A stretch of DNA of 64,000 nucleotides from Psilocybe cubensis (taxonomy: Eukaryota). Shown here piece by piece: positions 52,094-64,000 of the stretch (position 1 is the first letter of the stretch; each line of letters opens with the position of its first letter). A model generated the notes under the pieces. It did no database searches, was not told the origin of the DNA, and saw nothing but the letters and a program-made list of their open reading frames with translations. The stretch is taken from the NCBI GenBank assembly GCA_017499595.2, contig CM038998.1:2976001-3040000 (forward strand), written 5' to 3'. Both the position numbers and the translations under genes were made by a program.

Positions 52094-54477
52094 ATGGACA
52101 ACGCCCCTCACTCGGACTCCACTGACTCGGACGACACTGCTCGCCAACCCCACCACCACCACCACCACTTTCTTTTCCCCCCTTCGTCCGCTAGCTCCAC
52201 CCCCACACAGTCTCGCTCAACATCGCCCCTCCCCCAGTTCTACCCCCAGCCAACATCATGCCCCTCAGAGTCAGACAGCGAGGAGCCCCATTCTCCCCTT
52301 CTCAGGACACACCACTCACGCCCGCCCTGGTGGCGCGAACAGCCAAGGCGCCCCTGGTGGTCCGTCGCCCCCCGTCGCAGAGAGGAGAGGGCATGGCGTC
52401 CAGCCAGGCTCGCTCGTCGCTGGCTCCGTCGTCTTGTAAGGCACCCATTCTTCCCCAGCCAGCCCATCACCATCGTGAGTTTACACCTTCTCTCGTCCTG
52501 TCCAAACGCTGACCGTGTTCCACCAGGTCCTGACCCTCATCCTCTTCTCCATCTTTGCCATATCTCTCACCCTTCTCCTCATGTACGTTCTCAATCCAGA
52601 CAAGGAGCCCCTCCCATGGCGTGCCTACTGCTCCGTGCCCTCCCTAGCACCCCCATTCGACCGCCTTCTGCCTCCCAATTCACCACACGTCTATCCTAAT
52701 TATACTAATGTCCACACCGTGCCCCCATTCCCCCATGCCGACCTCGACCAGCTGCCCCCAGCTGGCATCCTCGTTGGCGTTTTCTCTATTGCATCATCCT
52801 TTGAACGCCGCATGCTCATGCGCTCTACCTGGGCTACACATCCCCGCAGTCGCGATGGCGCTGGCCAAGGCGACGGCGGTCTCAGCACTTCCCGCACTAT
52901 CGTTCGCTTCGTCTTGGGCCAGCCAAGCAAAGATTGGGAACGTAGAATAAAGCTAGAGATGGAAAGTATGTGTTCTCTTTCCCATTACTTGCTCCCTGAC
53001 GCGTCCTTTGACGCTCTCCCCCTTATTTTTCAGTGTACAACGACTTGATTATTCTCCCTATTACCGAGAACATGAACAATGGCAAGAGCTATACCTTCTT
53101 TTCCTGGGCTGCCATCAACGCATGGGTACCACCCGTCTATAATCCCTCCACTGTACCCCCACCCAGCTTCTCTTACTCAAACTTTACTTCTGAGCCTCCA
53201 TCACTCGCAACTCATGATCCCTATCTTGCCTGGCAGGACGTCAACTCGGGCAAGCCAAAACCCTGGGTGCGACCAGACTTTGTCGTCAAAGTAGACGACG
53301 ACTCTTTTGTCATGCTCGCAGAGCTCGAAGCCAGGCTGCGTCTCGAGCTACACAACAACACTCGCTCGGATAAACCCAATCTACACCGCAGTCAGGAAGG
53401 AGCTACCAATTCGAGCACATCACTTCCGCTCACGACTGCGCGGTCACATTCTTCCAATCAACTCTCGGCATCGGCTATCGCTACCAATGATCCCTTGGTA
53501 TATTGGGGATATCTCGTCACAAATCGTCTCCATATATTCATGGCTGGCGAGTTGTACGCGCTAAGTTGGAGTCTCGTTGATTGGGTCTCGAAAGACCCCA
53601 TCGTCAAAACTCTCATCTGGGGCGCAGAGGATAAGCAGACCGCGAAATGGATGAGGATGCATCCCCGTGCGTCCCAAGTCAGATGGACGAGCGAACGTTG
53701 TTGGATCTATGACCATCCACGCTCAGGGACCGTGTAAGTAAATCTTACTTCGGCCTTACTGCATCAGAAAACAGATAGAAGCTGACCTATTCTTTCTCTT
53801 GATCCAAAAAATCCTTGTTTGGCAGATATTCACATGGCTATTTATTCCCGTCTGAAGTTACGCGTGTAAAGCACGCGATGCTGGCCGCCCAAGAAGAAAA
53901 GGAAACGCTAGCGCAAGCGCCTGTACAGGGTAACGGCGGCAGCACGCCGACCGCTACAGTTGCTTCAGTCGGGCTGGGAGGCACACCCGCAGCTTGGGGA
54001 CTTTCCAGCGTCTCAACATTTGGCGCGCGTTACACGCCACCGCTCCCCGATCTATCAACGACACACAGCGTGGAGGCACTTGTGGAAGGCAGTGCCATGT
54101 CGCTGCTCCGTGAAGGTACGTGGTTACTTTGTTATTCCGGCGTTCGCGCAGCTTGTTGACATTGATATATGGCTTTGCTTTTCTTGTCTTGTATTCATTT
54201 AGGGAGCCCCATGACACCTGAGTATGCATGGACGCACCGGGAGGGCCGCAAAACGCGGTATGAAGGCAACCGTGTGGGTGGCACAGTCGTGGTGCACTTT
54301 ATTAAGAAAAATATGTGGTATTTGGAGACGGCCATCGCCATGCTCGAGGGCGCGGAGGAATCCGAGTCGGAGCGGTACGAGGCAGGTAAAACGACCACGC
54401 TGACTGAGGAAACGCGGTCGTACTCGCATGCCAGCTCAATACAGCGCTCTGGAAAGCGGCAGTCACGAGTGCATTGA
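52094..54477 (+). CDS. Glycosyltransferase family 31 (type II membrane), 5 exons
   Basis: N-terminal TM helix, VGVFS...ERRMLMRSTW, RFVLG, ENMNNGKSYTFFSWA, FVVKVDDDSFV (DxD), FMAGELYALSW and GAED. Confidence 0.88.
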
Positions 54478-55584
54478 TTCTCTCTCTTTTCGATTCCGGG
54501 TTACACGACTACTCTATTCTAGGTGTTGTTCTTATCTATACCATCTGTCTTGCTCGCGCTTGTTTCGAACCATTCGTATCACCTATCCACTCTGCATCGT
54601 CATCTTACTCCCCCCTACTATCCCTGCCCACACGGATCACTGCTTCTGACAAAAAACAAACTGCATGTTCTTTAACCTCGATACCATCAAAATCAAATCA
54701 TCGTCATCGTCATTCACCATTATTACCAACAAACAACTCCAACTCCAACAATCGTCATCATCAATATCATCCATCGTCACTTTCAAAATTATTATTTCAC
54801 ATTCGGACCAGTTATTATTTACACCCTCCCATCCTCTTTTTTATTATTCGTGCTCCCTCCACTATTATCTTTTCCCCCGCCGTGTTTGTATGTATAGAAT
54901 ACTAGTAAAAGGTGCAAAGCCCAGGAGAAGAAACAATTCGCATTTCTCGTTTCTCTTTCGTTCGTCCGCGGCCCTTCCCCATTTCCTCCCCCCCCCTCCA
55001 TCCTTCGTGGTTTCACTTTCTTTTAAATATTCTTCCGCATATACACCAAGTCATACATACGACCCTTCCCACAAATGTATTCTATTTACTACTACCTTTT
55101 TCCTATCTCCCAATCCTCAATCAATGTTCTGCATTGCGTTTATCCTTTTTTTTACCTTGCTTTGCGCTTCCTTGTCATGCATATGCCTTGTGAAGTCTTT
55201 CACTTTTTTTTCATTCTGATTATCGAAACCAAATCTGGAAATGCAAAAAAGCGACTAAAAAATCTCCATTTCTGAGATGTGTGAATCCTCTTTCTCCAAG
55301 GGGAAAAAATCAATGCTTCTTTTTCGTTTCCACCATCGCGGGTAACAATTTGGTGGGTGGTAAAAATAGATTGTGCAAGAAGAGATTTACAAAAGCAGTT
55401 GGATATGCATAGGTTAAAAGTGTAACAGAAATAGAAATAGACAGAGAGATGGCCTTGTAAAAACAAAAGCAAAAGAAGGGAGAGTAGGGAGAATAAGTCA
55501 AGGAGAGTGTTGCGAAGAGTCGCAGATCATAAGAATACAAAAGATAAGTAGCACGCGATCATGGAAAAGGAAAACCTTGTATGT

Positions 55585-57193
55585 TTAGAAATTAACCAAA
55601 GGAACGTGAGGCGCGTCGGTGTACCCGTCCAAGGAGCGAGCTTGGATCGTCGACCAGGCGTTTCTGGGTAGAGGAATATCGGATTGGTATCTGCCTATGA
55701 CAGCACGCGTGATCGCGCCCTCCCAGCTCTTATACCACTCGCCCTCTTTGATGCCTACAAGTTTCTTTGGGCCAGTCGGTGTCTGCATGAAGCGTCGCGA
55801 ACTTGAAGAAGAAGAAGAAGAAGGGTTGCGAGGCGGCATTGCGGAGCCAGTGACGCTGACGTCGGCGGCGTCCTCGTATGAAGGGAGGTCGTCGAGCGTG
55901 GTGGACCGGCTGTTACCCGGAGTCGTGCTGAACTCGGCTGCAGCTGCCACAGCGTCCTGCTCCGACTCGACTGGCACCCACTGTTTCAATGCGTACGCGC
56001 CCCCACACACCTCCCACCTGCCTCCGCCGCGCGGGTGGAAGCGCTTGTACAGCCAAACGAAAGGGAAAATGAGTAGGATGATAGACAGGAATTTGAGCCA
56101 TTTGTTCGAGAGCATCCGCGAGAGCTTGTTGTCTGGCCGCACGTAGATCTTGGTGTTGTGCGGCGTGAGCTCGACGGTGAGTGTGCCGTTGTACGGCGTG
56201 CTTTGGATGGTGGCGCGCACGGCGCGTTCAAGCTGCTCCATATTCCATCCGTACGCTTCCTTGGAGTACACAAATTCTTTGAGGTATTTCGGGCTCGCGC
56301 AGTACTCGTCCGCCCACTGGCGCAGCGTCTTGGACGACTTCAGGGTATCTTTCTCCGATATGGACGCAGAGGCCGGGTCACGTAGGAGCCCACTGCTCAC
56401 ATCATGCTCGCGCACCCATGGCGGGAACCCATGTGCGGTGCGCATCTCCACCCACTTATCGTACGCCTTGGTTTCTTTGCGACGGGCCTTGCGCCGCCCG
56501 CTCTCGTTCCACTCCTCGGCGCTCGAGGCGGCAGCGGTCACCGAGTACGGCTCGACCTCGTACTCGCGCACCATCTTGCCCCGGTACGCTGGTTCGTCGT
56601 CAGGCACGGTCCACTGCACAGGCTTGACGATCCTCGTCCGGCCTGGCATGCCGTCATGCGTACTGAGAGACGCATCGACATCGCCCGGGATGATGTCGAT
56701 GCAGAAGTTGAAGTCGGTGATGGTGTCGTTGTAGGTCTCCTGCACGTTGCGGGTGCGGCCATGGGAGTCGCGTTGCGAGACCCACCGCGTGCGTGACTCG
56801 GTGTGCGTGCCTTTGCAATGAAGGCGGTAGATAGGACATGAGGAAGATTGGGCTAGCAGGAAGCGATATAGCGCTTCGCCTGTCCGAATAGAATGTAAAA
56901 TAAGTATGACGCATAGCGCCCTGGTCCAGTTCGATTTACGCACCGTCAGAGTTGAGGTGTGGATCGTGCGATACAACGTCGTCGTAGCCAACCTCGAAAT
57001 GTTCAGCTTGGTATGGAGAGAAGTCGGGAGGTGGTCCCTGAGGGTTCAGGTCCACCAAAAGGTGGTCGCGCTCGTTGGCCCCATTCAAGTATGAGCTAGT
57101 GGAAGCATTGGATTGACCTTCATTAGGTACGTTATCGCTGTATTTCTTTGAAAGCTTCGATTTGTCGTCTGCCGCAGTATTCTCCAGGATCAT
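55585..57193 (-). CDS. Uncharacterised fungal membrane protein, tandem paralog A, 2 exons
   Basis: ORF 56936-57193 splices at HLNSDG|EALYRFLLAQS into ORF 55585-56991. One TM segment (WLKFLSIILLIFPFVWLY). Confidence 0.85.
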
Positions 57194-57484
57194 CACGTAG
57201 AGGTTAGGCCTGCAAGGTCAATGTAATTTGTGACTAGAGAAAGTGGAACCTATAGAGCGCAGTTGGTGGCTTCTGACGGTCCAATGCTGGTTCAAGGTGT
57301 GCAATTCCGGCCGGCTGTCGTATTCCTTCCCCGTGAAGCGACGTGTACTTGTCTGACTCATGCTTATGATCATGAGCCGCAGCAACTCATAAACATATGA
57401 TGGTTTTCGGTAGAAAACAAACAAAAAAATGTACAAGTAAATAGTTAAAACTCTTAAGTATGGCTCATGAACATCTCTAGACGA

Positions 57485-58865
57485 TTAATAGCCTTCCAGA
57501 TTTGATGTTCCGTAGCCTTCAAGCGCACCCATAGGATCCGCACGCGCCTCTTTGACGCTTTTGAGAGGTTCATTAGAAGTTAACCGCATTGCTGCGCATC
57601 GTTTGATGACGGGTTCCCATTCTTTGAACCACTCTCCTTCTCGGTACCCGATAAGTTTCTGCATGCCGTGCTCGGTTTCTACAACACGGGGAATGTGACA
57701 TGGGTGTCTGCCTTCTGCATTCACATTGTCGTTTCCCTTGAGTTGATCATTGGATTCCTTCGGCGGTGATTCGAGTTGTTCAAAGTGCTTCAGACCATAC
57801 GCTGCACCTACGACTTCCCACCGCCCACCTCCGTGTCTATTAAAGCGTTTGAATAATAAGATGAAAGGGTAAATGAGCGTGATGATAAGGAGGACTTTGT
57901 AGAGTGTTGAAGAAAGTGTACGTGATAGTCGGTTATCTGGGCGAATGGAGATTTTTGCATTCGAAAGCTTGAATGTAGATTGCACATGGCCTGTGTAGGA
58001 AGTCTGGGCTATTGCACTAGAAATGGCTTCTGTGAGTTTGGAGGTGTTCCATCCATAGATAACCTAGAGGAGTATGCTATCGAATAATAGCGATGTTTTG
58101 TGATTACGCAACAGACACACCTTTCTGTAAACAAATTCTTTGAGCAGCTTTGGACTCGCCGCATATTCGTCTGCCCAAGCTCTTGGGGTTTTCGACGAAG
58201 CCTGGTGATTTGAGCTATACGAACCATCGGAGTATTGCCATGGAGCAAGGCCACCATTTACACGAAAGTAATCCTCCGATTTGAAAGCAGTAATCTCGTC
58301 CTTGGTTGCCTTTCTTCTGGTGGGCGTGTTGACTTGTCGCACCATAAGGCCGCGGTAAGCAGCTGTTTCATCAGGATAGGACCAAAAGATGGGACCGTGA
58401 ACAATATAAGAACTAAGGTCTATCTGAAAGTTGAAATCGGTAACAGTGACAGTGTAAGTCTCCGTCCGTTGAGTTGTTTTGCCATTTTCGGTGCGTGAAA
58501 CAACTCGAGTGCGACGTTCGTTGTGTGTACCATGGATGTTGAGTATATATGTTGGAAGGATAGCAGATTGGGCAAGCAAAAACCGATATAAAGCTTCTCC
58601 TTTGCTAGGAATGTCAGAAACGAAATTGACTGGTTCTTATGAGGGAAAACAACTCACCGTCTTCGTTTAGGTGGTGATCATGCGAGATGACTTCGCCGTC
58701 ACTCTTGACGAAGAATTCCGGCTCGTACGGAGCAAAGGGAGGCGGTGGTGGTTCAGACTGTGGGGTGTCATTGTGCTTAATGTCTATAGAGATGTGAGGC
58801 TCTTTGACGGGTTGAAGTTTGTCAAGAGCAGGTGCGTTGAGGTTCTCGTCCTTGTAGTCCTGCAT
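57485..58865 (-). CDS. Uncharacterised fungal membrane protein, tandem paralog B, 3 exons
   Basis: HLNEDG|EALYRFLLAQS, TDFNFQID, WADEYAASPKLLKEFVYRK, RPDNRLSRTLS, GGGRWEV and EGEWFKEWE are colinear with paralog A. Confidence 0.85.
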
Positions 58866-60077
58866 GGCCAAAATTTACTAGGTACATTTCAAACCTTCGA
58901 TGAATCACTTATAAGTATCAATGCGCAAACACTCAGGCCAAATCAAGGCCAGGTACGAATGATGTCGATGATGGTCGACGGAGACAGAGACGGCTTGGCA
59001 AAAAATGCGGCGGGGCTTAGCCTTGGGATTGACCCTGGTGATGCATTTGACACTAACCCTCCTGAAGGGACCTTCACTCTTGACTTGCCAGCCCGGAATC
59101 ACCCATTATTACGATAAAGTTCTGGACCATTATGTTTATGCACTCTTGACATCGTCGATTGCTTCCACAGGAGACATTCACCTCGCGAACTGTCTCCGCA
59201 ACTTGTTGGCATCCTTCAGCACCTCATGATCAACGACTCGTCACTGAACGCGCGAGCCCCGCTACACCTTTGGGTCATTTCGTCATGCGATCGAATTCAA
59301 TGCAACCAAAAATTACTTGTGCCAACAACGTTCGAAATGATTAAAGCTCGAAATCTGCTCAGAATGCATGATAGTCGGTTCATTAGTATGGATTTGAGGG
59401 AAATTATCGTTGTATCACATCGAACAAGTAAGTGACCTTTGTGGTCTACGACTTTTATCTATCCTTTAGAAAACCTGAGGATCTGGTGGCTTGTTTTTTT
59501 GTTCTGGTAAGTTATCGAAAGTTCTCGTTTACAATACCGTACTGATTACAATTCCGAGCTGCAGTGAAGTATAGCTTCCATGGCTTCTCTGTTTTGATGA
59601 AAGTCTGAACTTGATTTTCGCACTGGGTCATGTTGCCCTTGGAGCGAGGCCACCATTAGTTATGATCGGGTAGTATGGGGATCATATCTCTCAAAATGAC
59701 CTTGCTCTTAAAATTTGGATTCTTCAGTGTGCGTGTTCGCCTCAAACCTAAATAACGACTCCACGGTCAAGTTGCAGACCGTTGGAGTCTGCCAGAAGAA
59801 TTGTGTATATTTTGCAAATTTGACGCACAGTTGATTTACAGGACATTATTTGAATGACGCCAGACGCGACGTATCTAACTCTCCTCGTGGCTCACCTGAA
59901 GTGCACCCCAATTAAAAGATAAAAACGTGTTTGCACCATTTTATAAGCTCCAAGCTTCCGCCCATGAAAAATACATAAGCTAAATACTCCTGCAACTTTG
60001 TTTTGCTTGCATGTCTACTCAGGCTAATGCCACTTATATATCTATCTCTAGTCCCATGTGAGTGCTCAACTCGGTCT

Positions 60078-62451
60078 ATGCCTCGTTGGCTTTTTATAAC
60101 ACAGTGGTTTAGATCTTCTGCAATATTTATCACCTTGACAGGATTGACTCAATTTATATCCAGTGCTACCTCTACAAATTTAAACGTGGGGCCTTCCACC
60201 ATTCCTACCGTTGTTTCTTCCACCATCCCTGGACTTTCCGACCCACTTGGAGCGTCGACATCCTCTTCTTTTACTTCCTCTCACTCACAATTTTCCTTTG
60301 CCACTTTTTCTTCTGCTGTGTCTTCAGGAACTTCAACGCCAGCATTGCCTTCGATTAACCCAACTCGCGCTTTATCCTCTTCCAAACTTCTTACATCTTT
60401 GTCGAGTATTTCAAGTGAAACCCGATATTCTACATTGAATATACCAAGAACCGGACCATTCTCTTTGTCGTCATTACCTCCCTCCTCTACGCCCAGTGAA
60501 ATGTCGAGCTCAAGTTCCTCCGAACTATTAATTTCTTCATCCTTCTCATCTAGTCCATTTCCTGGTGATGGAATCAGCACGTTCTCACCGCAACCCTCGT
60601 CATCGTTTATTGTCATTTCACCAACCGTTGCACCCCCATCATCTTCCCCTTCGAGTAGCTTTGTTCCCTTTTCATCCACTTTGGGACAGGACGCGCCAAC
60701 TTCACCCAGTCCCTCGCCGTCTTCGTCGCTATCCACAAGTAATATAATGCCTCCCACCGAAGACCCGTCGACTATATCCTCCAGCAGTATAATTTTTCCC
60801 GTTCCTCCGGGCCATCCAACATCCTCTGGCTCTTCACCCTCTGTCTCTTCACCCTCTGTCTCTTCACCCTCTGTCTCACAAGTTACTATTACGCAGATAG
60901 AATCCTCATCTATATTGTCGTCTTCGGTCTCGATATCGTCTCAGAGTGGGTCTGTTACATCGTCGAGTTTAGTGTCCTCTTCTCTTTCATCTTCTCCATC
61001 TTTCTCATCCACTCCCCCTGGGATAACGCCGTGAGTTTTTTTTTTGTTATGTCATATAGTATGTCATTCATGATCATATGTATACTCTAAAGTTCCGAAC
61101 CTCCCAGTTCGACCCTCTTGACAACAAAAATCATGACGTCGGCTTCTTTGTCTTTAGTCACCTCTAGTCCAATATCACTGTCCTCAGGTTTTACGGACGA
61201 AGAATCGTCGCAAGATGGGTCGCTCGGAATGATTGCTATTGCATCCAGTTTGTCTACACTCTCTAGTCCTATCTTCATCACAACAACCAATAGCCAAGGT
61301 GTCACCATAACAACTGCTCCACGGGAAATAACCCGAACTTCCACCTCCACTAGACCAGATGGCTCTTTCGTCACTATCACACAAGTTTATTCAAACCCAA
61401 CACTGAGCCCGGATGGCAGCTCTAAAGAAAATTCGTGCGTCATAATTATTTATAGCATCGCGCTACCTTGTTAACATCTCACCCTTTCCAGCTTTTTCAG
61501 CAACGTGGGCGCTGTAGCCAGTGTGTTCATTCTAGCTGGTCTCGTCGCTACCTCCATTGTCCTATGGATAATCTTCGCTATGAGGAGAAGGCGCCGAACA
61601 CGGCGCCTTGAGCACGACACCGCAGTCTCAGCAAGTCTTGCTGCAGCAGGGTTATATCGCACGCCTTTGGATGAAGATGACGACGAACGCGGCAACGACA
61701 CTGCTGTGGGCCTTTACAACTCTGGGCATGGACTCACTGAAAATCCTCTTCACGTCGGTTCCATAAGCAGCCTCCCTTCAGTACCTCGGACTTCCACTAT
61801 ACATCATGATACCACCTCTGGCGAAACGGACGAGTTTGCACTAAATCCATTTGAAGAGATAGATTTTATTGTTCCTTCTCGAGCTAGAGATGGATATGTC
61901 ACTGGAAATGGACTGGAATTTGCTGGGACCGAGGCTAATATGCATTCTCAGGAAAGCAATATCACTAGCAATACCGAACCTTTGTTGACGGCGTATCGTC
62001 GAACATCGTTGCTAAACCCAGCGCCACCAAACATTCCTTTGGTCTCTACTGACTCGGGCATCGTGGGAGATGATTTCTCTCTTTCGCCAAGTTCAAGTAT
62101 AAATCCAATTCGATACCCATCGTTGTGCTCGTCTTCTCAAGGACATGGTTCGACCCATCGAAACAAAAGCCATGACATTTCAGACGAGCGTCTAATAGAG
62201 CTTAATACCCCTTCTGATACCTCTGTGTACTCAAACAACGGTTCCCTTTTGGACGATAGATTAGACCCCGGATTGCGCCAACGCTTGCAGCGTACGACCT
62301 CTGACAAGTCAGAATTGAGAGATGAGGAAGATTATTCTCGACCTATCTTTGGTGTATGTGTACAATTATCCATTTAATACTTGCTCAATGGCTCCTACTT
62401 ATTTTCACTCGCTTTCAGGACCGTAATCATTCTTCCAAGGAAGGCAGTTAA
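60078..62451 (+). CDS. Ser/Thr-rich type I membrane protein, Mid2/Wsc-like cell-wall sensor, 4 exons
   Basis: Hydrophobic N-terminus, long S/T/P-rich ectodomain, TM AVASVFILAGLVATSIVLWIIFAM followed by RRRRRTRR, tail ending LRDEEDYSRPIFG|DRN. Confidence 0.75.
60831..60878 (+). repeat. 15-bp tandem repeat (TCTTCACCCTCTGTC x3) encoding SSPSV
   Basis: Three perfect copies visible in the mucin-like exon. Confidence 0.9.
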
Positions 62452-63025
62452 AGCTCGGCATGTACATGCCAGTAACATATAGCTTGTAGGTCCCATATCA
62501 CCGGATAATAATTCACCTTGATACCAAATATTAGTAATAACTTATGATATTTCAAGACGTATTCAAACACGAAAACTTACAATCATGAAGAGCTGAGAGT
62601 GTAACACTATTCTAATCTGCTACATTCTGCGATAATTTTCAGGCACCATTTGATCATGGGTTGTAATCTATTTTTGGAATTGTTCTAAAATTAAAATTAA
62701 GTATTTCAAAGCTCGCGACTTACTGCATCTTCGACTCGTTAACTGGCTACTATTGTAATTGCTCCTGATAGTTCATTAACCCTGTGGAAATCAGCTTCAT
62801 CTCTAACATAAACCTTCTCCATATTTTTCTATACATATATGGACACAGTTCTGTAATGTTGTACGATGTTGAAATCACTCGTGTGCGTTATGGGAATATC
62901 AGAAAGTAGTAGCAGGAAAGGGACACATGCTTAGTCTTCATTCTTCCTACGTGTGTCAGTGTTCATAAGAAGCAATCAGGAAGTAAAATGCTGCTCTACA
63001 GCCTCTTCCTTCCACTACCTAAATC

Positions 63026-64000
63026 ATGGATTCGTTGTCCCCATCGGAAGAGCAAAGAGTTCCCGTTCACGATACACCGATTTCAGGCTTAGTAGACCGA
63101 CCCAAAGTGCCTACTGCAGTCGAGTATGGCAATGAGACTGACTTTTGGGTCGAATATCCCAACGGCTTAATTGACATCTCTCGCGAAGCCCATTTGTCGC
63201 GCGTTTATCCACCGCCTTATGGGGCCACCATTCCCCCTGCTCTGAAGTCTACGCAAATTGATATCGCAGTTGATGGCAATCGAATCGTACGAATCAACAA
63301 GGCCAGGACAGCACTCGTTGTCATTGATATGCAAAAGTGAAGTGATACGCCTTTGTACATTTTTATTATGAGTCTAATGACGTCTCTTTTAGCTTTTTCC
63401 TTCATCCTGATTTGCGCATTCACACTAAAGGATTGCAATGCGTTGATCCTCTTATGAATGTCATACCTCATTTGCGGACATTAGGATCCAAAATTCTCTG
63501 GGTGTGAGTTTGTCCCGATCTCTCTGTGAGTGTGGAGTGGTATTGAATATTGATCGTCATAGAAATTGGGGCTTGACGGACCATGAACTCGAGACTATCC
63601 CGCCATCCTTGGTGCGTGGGTTTAGGAAGCACAATGGAGGAGGTTTTGGCTCCCAATTACCGGGAGATTTTGGTCGTCTGTTGATGCGTGATGCGTACAA
63701 TTCTGAACTCTACGGACCCTTACAGGCTGAGTATCTCAAAGGTGCCAAAGAAGGGACCGATTTTTGGATTCACAAGAACCGGTAGGTTTTATTACACCCC
63801 GGACTGCGCAGTTGAATTCCATATAACCGGTCTGATGTTGGCAGGATGAGCGGTTTGTGGGGATACCAGACTGCATTGGACCTATTCCTCAGGGAAAATG
63901 GAATCACTACTTTGATATTTGCGGGAGTCAACACTGACCAGGTATCCCTTTATTCCTGACTTTTTCTCATGTGGATTATTGATAAGGCAATCCGCAGTGT
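63026..64000 (+). CDS. Isochorismatase-like cysteine hydrolase, 3' end outside window
   Basis: RTALVVIDMQ|N, WIHKNR|MSGLW and FLRENGITTLIFAGVNTDQ. Confidence 0.88.

Noticed and set aside
54480..55580. ORFs of 90-184 aa and low-complexity TCA/poly-pyrimidine tracts
   Set aside because: Composition fits convergent 3' UTRs. The translations are low-complexity artefacts.
55619..56796. Long plus-strand ORFs (175, 194, 130 aa) over paralog A
   Set aside because: Antisense shadow ORFs of a GC-rich coding exon, with no recognisable motifs.

Overview
Gene-dense, intron-rich fungal genomic DNA; short GT-AG introns, micro-exons and protein style point to a basidiomycete, probably an agaric (inference). 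About 29 protein-coding loci can be assembled by hand across introns. Most are housekeeping genes: a DENN-domain protein (partial), NIPA-type Mg transporter, HSP104, complex I NDUFS6, Ime2/MAK kinase, PRPP synthetase, DCP2, INCENP, Rec8-like kleisin, IDI1, MPC1, DNA ligase I, RPS11, PPZ-type phosphatase, a DMT/EamA transporter, mitochondrial bL36, DHFR, SGT1, a GST-like protein, a GT31 glycosyltransferase, a Ser/Thr-rich membrane sensor and an isochorismatase-like hydrolase (partial). Less ordinary elements are a 592-bp MITE with TA target duplication carrying E-boxes upstream of the Ime2-like kinase; a tandem pair of TPR+MYND genes, one with a single premature stop and the other with an apparent ATG>ATC start change; a second tandem pair of uncharacterised membrane proteins; a dual-start DNA ligase with an intron-split PIP box; a 6-nt micro-exon inside the NDUFS6 zinc motif; and a stop-free 285-nt intron in the kinase. 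No rRNA, tRNA, CRISPR array or secondary-metabolite cluster was seen. Gene spans run start to stop, include introns, and were deduced by eye.
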